From sequence record MN022785.1: a stretch of 64,000 bases of DNA; one strand, given 5' to 3'. A program made the position numbers and the translations under genes. A model generated the notes under the pieces. The model was not told the origin of the DNA. It searched no databases and saw only the letters and a list, made by a program, of their open reading frames with translations. Of this stretch, positions 30,961 to 41,460 are shown one piece after another. The stretch comes from Escherichia phage VEc20. How positions within the stretch are numbered: the first letter of the stretch is position 1; every line of letters starts with the position of its first letter.

Positions 30961-31046
30961 TTTATTCTCCTTTGTTTGTGTAAGATAATACTATCACAAA
31001 GGAACCATACTGTAAACAACTTTATGCAATCTTTGGAAAATAAAAA

Positions 31047-31066
31047 AGGACTCCCGAAGGAGTCCT
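31047..31066 (-). terminator. hairpin AGGACTCC-CGAA-GGAGTCCT
   Basis: perfect 8-bp stem. Confidence 0.4.
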
Positions 31067-31070
31067 CAAC

Positions 31071-31289
31071 TTATGCTTTCTGCTTACCAAAACGAGAAGC
31101 ATCATCTCGAAGAACCGCACGTGCTCGGCGCATGATCTTCTCAACAGTTTGATTGATACGAGAGTTCGACCCACGCTTGTAGCCAGCGCGTTTAGAATCA
31201 CCAACTTTCTTTTCAACTGCTTTCTTTGCTTTAGCTTGTTTTGCCATTATAAATTCTCTTTTAAATGAAAATGCAGGACTTATTGGCAT
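31071..31289 (-). CDS. small basic protein (likely start at internal ATG, MAKQAKAKK...)
   Basis: K/R-rich 58-72 aa ORF. Confidence 0.4.
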   Translation of the reverse strand: MPISPAFSFKREFIMAKQAKAKKAVEKKVGDSKRAGYKRGSNSRINQTVEKIMRRARAVLRDDASRFGKQKA

Positions 31290-31645
31290 TGCCTGCGCAA
31301 GCCCTCAAGGGGAACATAGGTTTTTGGATATTTAACGACCAGGATAACCATAAACCCGTCATCATACCTTATAGCTCTTATCTGTTGCACACCGTTAGCT
31401 TAAAGGTTCCGGGTTCGATTTCTCGAGGATAAGATATATACTGATGGATATATAGGCCTTGAGGCGTACTCCCGATTGGCCATCACCTCGGGGTAGCATG
31501 CACTTGCCGCTATAAGAATAACATTCAAGAGGTACACCGTAAAACTGCCGGGGTCTTAAAACTATAATGATTCGCAAATCATTAATCAGACAGTTCGACG
31601 GCTCCTCGATTTTAGCTCACACTAAGGCAGTGAATCTCCAGTAAA

Positions 31646-31894
31646 TTACTTCAGTGTTACCACAAAGTGACGAACTGCTTTTCGTGCAGCAGAAGCCAAA
31701 GGCTTAGCATATTTAAGTTCATCTTTTTCCTGAAGCTCAGCAGCTAATGCAGTTTGAGCAGGATTCAGATGTTTGAAATAACGCAGGATTTCAAGAGCTT
31801 CGGCTTCAACATCAATAGATGCGCCATAGTTTTCGTGACCATTATTCCATGCGTTTCGTTGCAGTTCAAGAGCGTGTTGTAATTGTTTAATCAT
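31646..31894 (-). CDS. rIII: probable RIII lysis-inhibition accessory protein
   Basis: 82 aa, immediately downstream of gene 31 on the same strand as in T4; length matches T4 RIII from memory. Confidence 0.55.
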   Translation of the reverse strand: MIKQLQHALELQRNAWNNGHENYGASIDVEAEALEILRYFKHLNPAQTALAAELQEKDELKYAKPLASAARKAVRHFVVTLK

Positions 31895-32041
31895 TTAAAA
31901 ATTCTCGTTAGAGATTAAAACTCGGTAGTCACGTTCTTCTGAATTTCATCTTCTTTCGACAGATCTCTCAGTTGTAGACTACCACATAGAATTGTTCGGT
32001 TAACTTATTATTCCGACACCCAATTCATATTATTATTTATA

Positions 32042-32377
32042 TCACTTATAAAGACACGGAATAGCTTTATAGTGACAGGTAACAAATTTTTGTTTAATTT
32101 CTTTTGGCTGCTTAAGACCCAGAGCTACAAAAGGATGCGGAACATTTCGAATTTGACCAACTGGGAGAGAAGTCAAATCACCAACTTCGCAGAAACCTTC
32201 AGGAACATCAGGACCGACAGAGTGAATTACACACAGTTCAGGAACTTCACCTTGAACACGTTTACCGATAATAAGTCCTGATTCTGTAACTTCTTCATCA
32301 CCGGCTTGTGAAGGTTCAGAAACTAAAATAACATATTCACCGACAGCGCGAATTGGTAGCTGTTGTACTTCAGACAT
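32042..32377 (-). CDS. 31: GroES-like co-chaperonin for capsid protein folding
   Basis: 111 aa; [22 protein letters not shown]... matches T4 gp31 from memory. Confidence 0.9.
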   Translation of the reverse strand: MSEVQQLPIRAVGEYVILVSEPSQAGDEEVTESGLIIGKRVQGEVPELCVIHSVGPDVPEGFCEVGDLTSLPVGQIRNVPHPFVALGLKQPKEIKQKFVTCHYKAIPCLYK

Positions 32378-32433
32378 CGTTTTTCCTTTTTGTTAACAGA
32401 TGAGTTAATAATAACAAATAATTCTTAAAGCAT

Positions 32434-32742
32434 TTATTTACCAATAAATTGGAGCAAATGCTCAACTTTCATACCATTAACAGAAATCAATTTGTCAATA
32501 GAAAAACCTCGCCAAGCGCCAAGTTCAACATCAAATACTGGAATCATATCCGTAGATTCTTTCCGAGTAGATTCAGTCAATTTACCGGTTTGCATGGTTG
32601 GCATAAAGTCTGCATCACGAGTACCTTTCATAGTACGAATAGTACCATCAGACTTTTCAAAAACTACGTTTGAAACACCCATGGACAATTTAGTTTTCAA
32701 AATTTCACGAATTGCTACTTTCTGCTCAGTTGTTAGTTTCAT
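32434..32742 (-). CDS. hypothetical protein
   Basis: 102-aa ORF. Confidence 0.5.
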   Translation of the reverse strand: MKLTTEQKVAIREILKTKLSMGVSNVVFEKSDGTIRTMKGTRDADFMPTMQTGKLTESTRKESTDMIPVFDVELGAWRGFSIDKLISVNGMKVEHLLQFIGK

Positions 32743-32979
32743 TTATTTACCTATCACAGTTTTAATATGAGTTGTTCCACGTTCTTTAAGGGTGGAAAGT
32801 AATTTTTGGCATTTTTCTAAATCAGATTTCCAACTATGTGGTCTATCAATACAAACCCAGTTTGACTTATAATACTGCTTCCATTTAGAGAAAAAATACT
32901 TCTTATACTCTACAGCAAATGAAATGTTCTCGTTGGAATAAGAACTAATTGCTGTGAGCTGTACCAAACGAAATTTCAT
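32743..32979 (-). CDS. hypothetical protein
   Basis: 78-aa ORF. Confidence 0.45.
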   Translation of the reverse strand: MKFRLVQLTAISSYSNENISFAVEYKKYFFSKWKQYYKSNWVCIDRPHSWKSDLEKCQKLLSTLKERGTTHIKTVIGK

Positions 32980-33560
32980 TATTCACCACAGAATTCGTTG
33001 ATATTTTCCCAGTTTAACTTATTCAAGTTTTTCTTAGGAACATTAAACACTTCAATACCTGCATTTCGCAGAATATCATCCCAGCCAGGTTTATTTTTAT
33101 CGTATGTTTCACAATAAACCAGCTTTTTAATTCCAGATTGAGCTATCGCTTTTGCGCAATCTGGACATGGAGAAAGTGTTACATACATAGTAGCACCTTC
33201 AATAGAAGAACCATTTCGTGCAGCAAACAAAATTGCATTTAGTTCAGCATGAATTTCATTTTTAGATGACCATTCCGAGTGAGCACTACGATGTTCTTTC
33301 GCCAAGACAAAACGATCAGTTGAACCAAATGATACACATTCGGGCTTATGGCCTTGAATGATAGTGTGTTTAGGCTTATTCAACAACCAACCTTGCTCAG
33401 CAGCATAATCACAGCAATTTACTCCACCTGCGGGTGAACCATTATACCCAGTAGAAATAATACGTCCATTCTTTTCAATTACTGCTCCTACCTTCCAGGA
33501 ACAACATTTTGATTCCTGCGATACTAAATATGCAATTTGAAGTACTGTACTCGCTTTCAT
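32979..33560 (-). CDS. cd: dCMP deaminase
   Basis: 193 aa; zinc-binding motifs HAE and PCxxC (SPCPDCAKAI). Confidence 0.9.
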   Translation of the reverse strand: MKASTVLQIAYLVSQESKCCSWKVGAVIEKNGRIISTGYNGSPAGGVNCCDYAAEQGWLLNKPKHTIIQGHKPECVSFGSTDRFVLAKEHRSAHSEWSSKNEIHAELNAILFAARNGSSIEGATMYVTLSPCPDCAKAIAQSGIKKLVYCETYDKNKPGWDDILRNAGIEVFNVPKKNLNKLNWENINEFCGE

Positions 33561-33895
33561 TTCATAATCACCAGATAAGCAGATTTAGCAGTTTCAACAC
33601 GATAAATTTCGTGACGAAGTTTAGTTATACTTTTAATAACAGAACTAATTATATTCTGCCCATCTTTAAAGCGGTTTTTCTTATCAATAAAAACTGCGCC
33701 AGTCATCTTTTTGTGAAGCTCAACTGGATACTTCGTCACAATAATAGCATCATACACAGAAGGATGAATACTATTCACCAGAGTATCATTCATTAAAGTT
33801 ATTCTAATGAACTGTGCTGTTTCAGAATCAAGCGCTCTATGATCGCCAGTATCATTTTCAAGACAATTATCAATTATATCAGTTAAATTCATCAT
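33557..33895 (-). CDS. hypothetical protein
   Basis: 112-aa ORF. Confidence 0.5.
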   Translation of the reverse strand: MMNLTDIIDNCLENDTGDHRALDSETAQFIRITLMNDTLVNSIHPSVYDAIIVTKYPVELHKKMTGAVFIDKKNRFKDGQNIISSVIKSITKLRHEIYRVETAKSAYLVIMK

Positions 33896-34128
33896 AGTAC
33901 GCCATACACCCTTTGTGCTTCAACTAATCCATCAAAATCCAGTTTAAGATGCGATATTTGATCGCCATCACCTGGATTCACAATTACTAATACTGAACGA
34001 GGAGTTTCGGTAATAACACGAACCGATGTTTCAGGAAATCGTTCAGAAACCTTATTTACCAATTCCTGAGCAAATAGTTTAACTTTTTCTTGGAATTCTT
34101 TAACAGTAATTGGTTTTTCACTTAGCAT
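33892..34128 (-). CDS. hypothetical protein
   Basis: 78-aa ORF. Confidence 0.45.
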   Translation of the reverse strand: MLSEKPITVKEFQEKVKLFAQELVNKVSERFPETSVRVITETPRSVLVIVNPGDGDQISHLKLDFDGLVEAQRVYGVL

Positions 34129-34649
34129 GTTGATCCCAGCTCCTTACTTTCAACGTTTTTAACTAATTTGACAGAAACTAATTCAGCATCTTGAGTAATC
34201 ATTACCGGGCCTTCTTCATACTCTTCAAGATATTCTAGAGCTTTCTTTTTAGCTTCTTCCTTCGTATCAGTTTGAGCATAGATATAAAACATACAACCAG
34301 TAATACCTACTACTTTCCACTTAATTTCTTTATCAGTTTTAATTTCAAATTTACTGACAGAATCATCTTTTTGAACTTCTTCGAAAAAAGAATATTCTAA
34401 CATATAAGCAATTGAAAATAACGGGCTAACTTTATAAGATTCGCCCATTACATCAACAGCTTTATACCAACAATCATCAATTTCGCGTTTAATGCTAATA
34501 ACATTTTTCGCAGGATCTATTTTTACTTTAAATGAATTTTCCCCAATAAACTGGGCAATTCGTTTATTAGCCCCGCAAGTTTCATTAAAAATATCTTTAT
34601 ATCCAGCTTTAAAGCGATAAACCTTATCTTCTTCAAACCATTCGCTCAT
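34122..34649 (-). CDS. hypothetical protein
   Basis: 175-aa ORF. Confidence 0.5.
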   Translation of the reverse strand: MSEWFEEDKVYRFKAGYKDIFNETCGANKRIAQFIGENSFKVKIDPAKNVISIKREIDDCWYKAVDVMGESYKVSPLFSIAYMLEYSFFEEVQKDDSVSKFEIKTDKEIKWKVVGITGCMFYIYAQTDTKEEAKKKALEYLEEYEEGPVMITQDAELVSVKLVKNVESKELGSTC

Positions 34650-34711
34650 TTCAATTTCCTCATTTGTTTTGGTAGAGCTATAATATCACAACTCTACCGT
34701 AAAGTAAACTA

Positions 34712-35017
34712 TTAAATTGCTTTGAATTCTGATGTCTGTGATTCAAAGCGAATATCGCCTTTGATGACTAGCTCAGCATCAAGACCGAATACAACAATGA
34801 TATGCGCTGAACCTGGATACAACGTGATGGCAACAGAATCCACCTGGTCTGGAAGCAAAGTATTCAATACATGAGTCACTTGAGCGTGGATTCGAAGTTC
34901 AGCTGCATTATCAAGCTTTTCAAACATGTTATTAGCGATAATTTGGCTAAACACTACTTCTACGATTTTAGAGTAAGTCGGAAACATATTTACCTCACAT
35001 AATTTTCTTCGAGCCAA
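34712..35017 (-). CDS. hypothetical protein
   Basis: 101-aa ORF. Confidence 0.45.
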   Translation of the reverse strand: MARRKLCEVNMFPTYSKIVEVVFSQIIANNMFEKLDNAAELRIHAQVTHVLNTLLPDQVDSVAITLYPGSAHIIVVFGLDAELVIKGDIRFESQTSEFKAI

Positions 35018-35190
35018 TCAATAACATCCAAAGCGTTATCAAAAGTTGAACCATCTACTTTGTCTTCTGTTTCATAATCAAGAACATCTAGGCCTACTCT
35101 TCCGTCAACAATAGGCCATAAACAAAATAGATATTTCTTTTCTTTTTCAATTTTATCACAAAGACGATAAATCTTTTCTATATTATTCAT
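34990..35190 (-). CDS. hypothetical protein
   Basis: 66-aa ORF. Confidence 0.4.
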   Translation of the reverse strand: MNNIEKIYRLCDKIEKEKKYLFCLWPIVDGRVGLDVLDYETEDKVDGSTFDNALDVIDWLEENYVR

Positions 35191-35379
35191 AAGTTTTCCA
35201 TGGTAAAGGCAGTTTAGTTTTCTTTACTGTTAGTTCAATATCAGGATTCTTTTCTCTTAATTTAAGGCATTCCTCCCAAGCTCTGATTTCACTAGTGAAT
35301 ACACAAAATTGCCCATTACTAGTACCAACTAAACCACTATTTACAATAACAATAGACCAAGTTTCATGATGCCACGCCA

Positions 35380-35380
<1 letters not shown>
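35183..35380 (-). CDS. hypothetical protein
   Basis: 65-aa ORF. Confidence 0.4.
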
Positions 35381-36605
<1,225 letters not shown>

Positions 36606-36608
36606 TTA

Positions 36609-36839
36609 TTATTTCTCAACCAATGATTGAATATAATCATGCAGGTCTTTAGATGCTTTACCCCACTTATTTTGGTATTCATTTTTAAGATTAGCCCGAG
36701 ATTGAGCTAATAAAACATCATTAGTTGGAGGTAAAGATTCTAACCGTTGAATCTGGCGTCCATAAATCATTGCAGCCATCTCGGATTCATAAATCAATCC
36801 TTTGAGATGTTCAAATTGATGCCATGAAATCATTTGCAT
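36609..36839 (-). CDS. hypothetical protein
   Basis: 76-aa ORF. Confidence 0.45.
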   Translation of the reverse strand: MQMISWHQFEHLKGLIYESEMAAMIYGRQIQRLESLPPTNDVLLAQSRANLKNEYQNKWGKASKDLHDYIQSLVEK

Positions 36840-37129
36840 TTATCCTCTTTTAGCTCTTGACGATAATAACATATCATAGTTTTTTGGTCATGTACATATC
36901 GTTTTACATCATTAAGCCAAATACGAAATTCCTGGGAATCTTCAAATGGCATACCGACCCAAGCTTTACCATCAATAACTTTAACTTGCCAAGATAGTTT
37001 AGCTTCATCATATGACTTTATTTGTACAGGCCAATTAGGATGAACTGTTTCTTTCTTTACTTCTAGAGGCTTTGTCGAACAACCAACTAGAAGACCAATA
37101 GATAATATTACTGCTGATAGTTTAATCAT
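36830..37129 (-). CDS. predicted lipoprotein
   Basis: N-terminus MIKLSAVILSIGLLVGC: hydrophobic core followed by lipobox L-V-G-C; Ser at +2. Confidence 0.55.
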   Translation of the reverse strand: MIKLSAVILSIGLLVGCSTKPLEVKKETVHPNWPVQIKSYDEAKLSWQVKVIDGKAWVGMPFEDSQEFRIWLNDVKRYVHDQKTMICYYRQELKEDKCK

Positions 37130-37479
37130 TTAGAAAGGTCCTGGATGTCTTCTGCGAACTTGTTGAAGGAGTTGTTGATTTGTTTTTCAACCAATCCTGG
37201 CTTATGAGCCACCACATCCGCCTTCTTTGCGTCTTTGCGCAGTTTTTCATTTTCACGCTCAATAGCAGCAATTGCCTCACGATTTTTATTATTCATCGCA
37301 TCAATATAATTATACTGAATTCGCAAATTGTTTAATGCTAAAGCGTTTTCATTGGCCGTTTTTGTAATTTCTACAACAGACGTTTCTAATCTTTCAATTT
37401 TATTTTTTAAAATTAAAGAAGTTCCGCCCAATGCAATTACAATTAATAGCAAACCTGTTGTCGTATTACTTAATTGCAT
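37126..37479 (-). CDS. predicted membrane-anchored coiled-coil protein
   Basis: single N-terminal hydrophobic helix GLLLIVIALGGTSLIL, then charged helical region. Confidence 0.5.
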   Translation of the reverse strand: MQLSNTTTGLLLIVIALGGTSLILKNKIERLETSVVEITKTANENALALNNLRIQYNYIDAMNNKNREAIAAIERENEKLRKDAKKADVVAHKPGLVEKQINNSFNKFAEDIQDLSK

Positions 37480-37976
37480 AAAGTTTTAATAACCTCTATA
37501 ATATCGTCTTGAGAAAGACCGTTAATTAAAATATGATGTTCCGCCGGAGATTTAGAAATTTTAAAGCATGCCGCAACATCTTCTGCCATATCTGATGCAC
37601 TACGATTTGGATTACTAATCCCAAGGCGGTGTTTTCCCGTTAAAGGATTAACGATGATATAGCATTTACAGTTGTTAATATGAACATTAGGTTGAGTCTG
37701 ATTAATGAACACATCACAATCATATTTCGCAAGCTGATTTTCTAAAAAGACTTTCATCTCCTCAACCGCATCAGGAAGCATATCACGGGCTTGCTCAAGA
37801 CGACGATTTCGATATTCTTTAATGGTCGTTTTCCGCTTGACTTGCTTAGCTAAATCTTTCTTAAGATCGGTGATATATCCAACTCGACGATTTCCTTTGA
37901 ATACAGAAATCCCATCTGTAGTATCACCGTATGCTTCAACGACCATTTCAGTAGTAATAAGTTGTAAATCCATCAT
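37470..37976 (-). CDS. alc: probable Alc (inhibitor of host transcription elongation)
   Basis: about 167 aa, immediately downstream of rnlA as in T4. Confidence 0.65.
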   Translation of the reverse strand: MMDLQLITTEMVVEAYGDTTDGISVFKGNRRVGYITDLKKDLAKQVKRKTTIKEYRNRRLEQARDMLPDAVEEMKVFLENQLAKYDCDVFINQTQPNVHINNCKCYIIVNPLTGKHRLGISNPNRSASDMAEDVAACFKISKSPAEHHILINGLSQDDIIEVIKTLCN

Positions 37977-37980
37977 AAAG

Positions 37981-38034
37981 TCCTCATGTTATGTCAGTAA
38001 GACTACTATAACACAACACGAGGGACTTGTAAAC
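37981..38034 (-). repeat. copy B of the perfect 54-bp promoter/leader repeat
   Basis: identical to 23705-23758; GAGGA 4 nt upstream of alc ATG. Confidence 0.8.
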
Positions 38035-38037
38035 AGC

Positions 38038-39625
<1,588 letters not shown>

Positions 39626-39633
39626 AATAAAAT

Positions 39634-39647
39634 GGGCCTTGCGGCCC
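39634..39647 (-). terminator. GC hairpin GGGCC-TTGC-GGCCC
   Basis: seen in sequence. Confidence 0.35.
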
Positions 39648-39652
39648 ACTCC

Positions 39653-40822
39653 TTAAAAATATTTTTTAAAACTCATCATAACTTTATCATCAACATCATT
39701 ATCAATCTGTGCTACAAGGTAAGATGACAGTTCTACTTCTTGCGGCGCGGATTGAACATTATCAGAATTAAGGTATTCACGAATCCAAGGATATGGATGT
39801 TTAACCGGAGCATCGGTAATTGGGCATGGAAGACCGCACTGTTTCATACGAGATACAGTTAAGTAATCAATAAAGCTCCACATGCTATTTGTATTTAATC
39901 CAGGAACATCACCATCTTTAAATAAATGAACTGCCCAATCTTTTTCTTGGCGGTTAACTTCCATGAAAATATCAACTGCTTCTTGTTCACACTCTTGAGC
40001 AATTTTAACCCATTCATCGCCATCAGTGCCAAGTTGAAGTTGACGAATAATATATTGAGTGCCTTTAAGGTGAAGCTGCTCATCACGTGCAATGAACTTC
40101 ATAATCTTGGCATTACCTTCCATGATTTCCATATTCTTGTGGAAGTTAAAGGTACATGCGAAAGATACATAAAAACGAATAGCTTCTAAGGCATTAATAA
40201 CGTGCAAACAGAGGTAAAGAGATTTCATTAGCTCTCGTTTGGCGTATTCAACGACTTTACCAAGTTCATCTTTGCGCCAACCTTCAGACAAAATTCCTTC
40301 GTATTCTTCTTTAGCGTTTTCCCAATAACGAGTTTTAATCAGAACATCATCATAATAACGTCCAATGGATTCAGCACGTTTCATAATAGCTTCATCTAGT
40401 ACAATCTCATCAAATACCTTTGACGGATCAGTATAAAGATTTCGCATGATATGTGTATATGAACGGCTGTGAATAGTTTCACTAAAAGTCCATGTAGCAA
40501 CCCATGTATCAAGGCTTGGGTCTGAAATTAATGACATAAGTACAGCAGACGGTGCACGACCCTGAATGCTATCCAAAAGTGATTGATACTTCAGGTTATT
40601 AGTAAAAATATTTTGCTGATACTGAGGAAGCTTATTAAACTGTGCAGCATCCATCATTAAGTTTACTTCTTCAGGACGCCAGAAAAATGATAAAGATTTC
40701 TCAATAAGTTCTTCAAATACTCTATGCCGTTGAATATCATATCGAGCTAAACCCAATCCAGAACCAAAAAACATCGGCTCAGTCAAAATATTAACAGGGG
40801 ATGTATTAAAAACTGTACTCAT
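39653..40822 (-). CDS. nrdB: ribonucleotide reductase small subunit, uninterrupted (no intron)
   Basis: continuous 389-codon ORF; resembles T4 NrdB. Confidence 0.9.
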   Translation of the reverse strand: MSTVFNTSPVNILTEPMFFGSGLGLARYDIQRHRVFEELIEKSLSFFWRPEEVNLMMDAAQFNKLPQYQQNIFTNNLKYQSLLDSIQGRAPSAVLMSLISDPSLDTWVATWTFSETIHSRSYTHIMRNLYTDPSKVFDEIVLDEAIMKRAESIGRYYDDVLIKTRYWENAKEEYEGILSEGWRKDELGKVVEYAKRELMKSLYLCLHVINALEAIRFYVSFACTFNFHKNMEIMEGNAKIMKFIARDEQLHLKGTQYIIRQLQLGTDGDEWVKIAQECEQEAVDIFMEVNRQEKDWAVHLFKDGDVPGLNTNSMWSFIDYLTVSRMKQCGLPCPITDAPVKHPYPWIREYLNSDNVQSAPQEVELSSYLVAQIDNDVDDKVMMSFKKYF

Positions 40823-41460
40823 TTAGAATCCTTAAATTTACATTTATCATAATGCCATCTTAGAGCATTGCCTTTATTAACTTTCTTGCCACAATGCGGA
40901 CAAGGCGGATACTCTATACTTTGCTTAGTTCTCAAAGAAATCAAATCGCGAGTTTCTTTAGTATGAGGAACATCTCTTGTCGGAGAGATTGTACCATACA
41001 TCGGATTAAGCACGCCGACTTTAGCAGCAGCTATATTCTTTTTAGCTTCTTCGGTTTTAGGTTTTCTCATGCGAGCTAAATGCTCTTTGGTAAATTTCCT
41101 TCCTTTAAGAGCTCTACTTATCTTTTCCCTGGTTTCTATAGAAACTTCACGTCCTATAGCAGCTTCAGATAAACGTCGTCTACCTAATTCGTATAGTTGA
41201 GAAGAAATTTTATATGAGCGATTTTTACCAGTCAAGCACATTAAACCAAAAGCTTTCTTTAATCCTGGGGTGTCATATATTTTGCATAAAAGCCAATGAG
41301 CTATAAAATGCTCTCTACCTGTTAATTCAACTAAATTTTCTTTATCATCAGAACCTCCCATGCATCTAGGGATTATATGATGAGTCTCTTTATATCCTAA
41401 TAAAGGTTCCCGAGCCTGAGCTCGGGAAATTAGGTCATTATAGATTTTTTGATAATTCAT
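40819..41460 (-). CDS. mobE: free-standing HNH homing endonuclease between nrdA and nrdB
   Basis: HNH motif HHIIPRCMGGSDDKENLVELTGREHFIAHW; repeated ETREKIS-like NUMOD-type motifs; position as T4 mobE. Confidence 0.7.
   Translation of the reverse strand: MNYQKIYNDLISRAQAREPLLGYKETHHIIPRCMGGSDDKENLVELTGREHFIAHWLLCKIYDTPGLKKAFGLMCLTGKNRSYKISSQLYELGRRRLSEAAIGREVSIETREKISRALKGRKFTKEHLARMRKPKTEEAKKNIAAAKVGVLNPMYGTISPTRDVPHTKETRDLISLRTKQSIEYPPCPHCGKKVNKGNALRWHYDKCKFKDSK

Noticed and set aside
31400-31430. Possible tRNA, suggested by the T-loop-like string GGTTCGATT
   Set aside because: No complementary T-stem or acceptor stem could be paired by eye on either strand; needs tRNAscan to exclude formally.
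31395-31577. 60-aa minus-strand ORF within the rIII-proximal gap
   Set aside because: Low-complexity translation (IIIVLRPR..., ISISIYLIL), no ribosome-binding site seen; the region is more likely non-coding or decayed.
39653-40822. Group I intron in nrdB, as present in T4
   Set aside because: The ORF is continuous over 389 codons with no internal stop and no room for an insertion; nrdB is intronless here.
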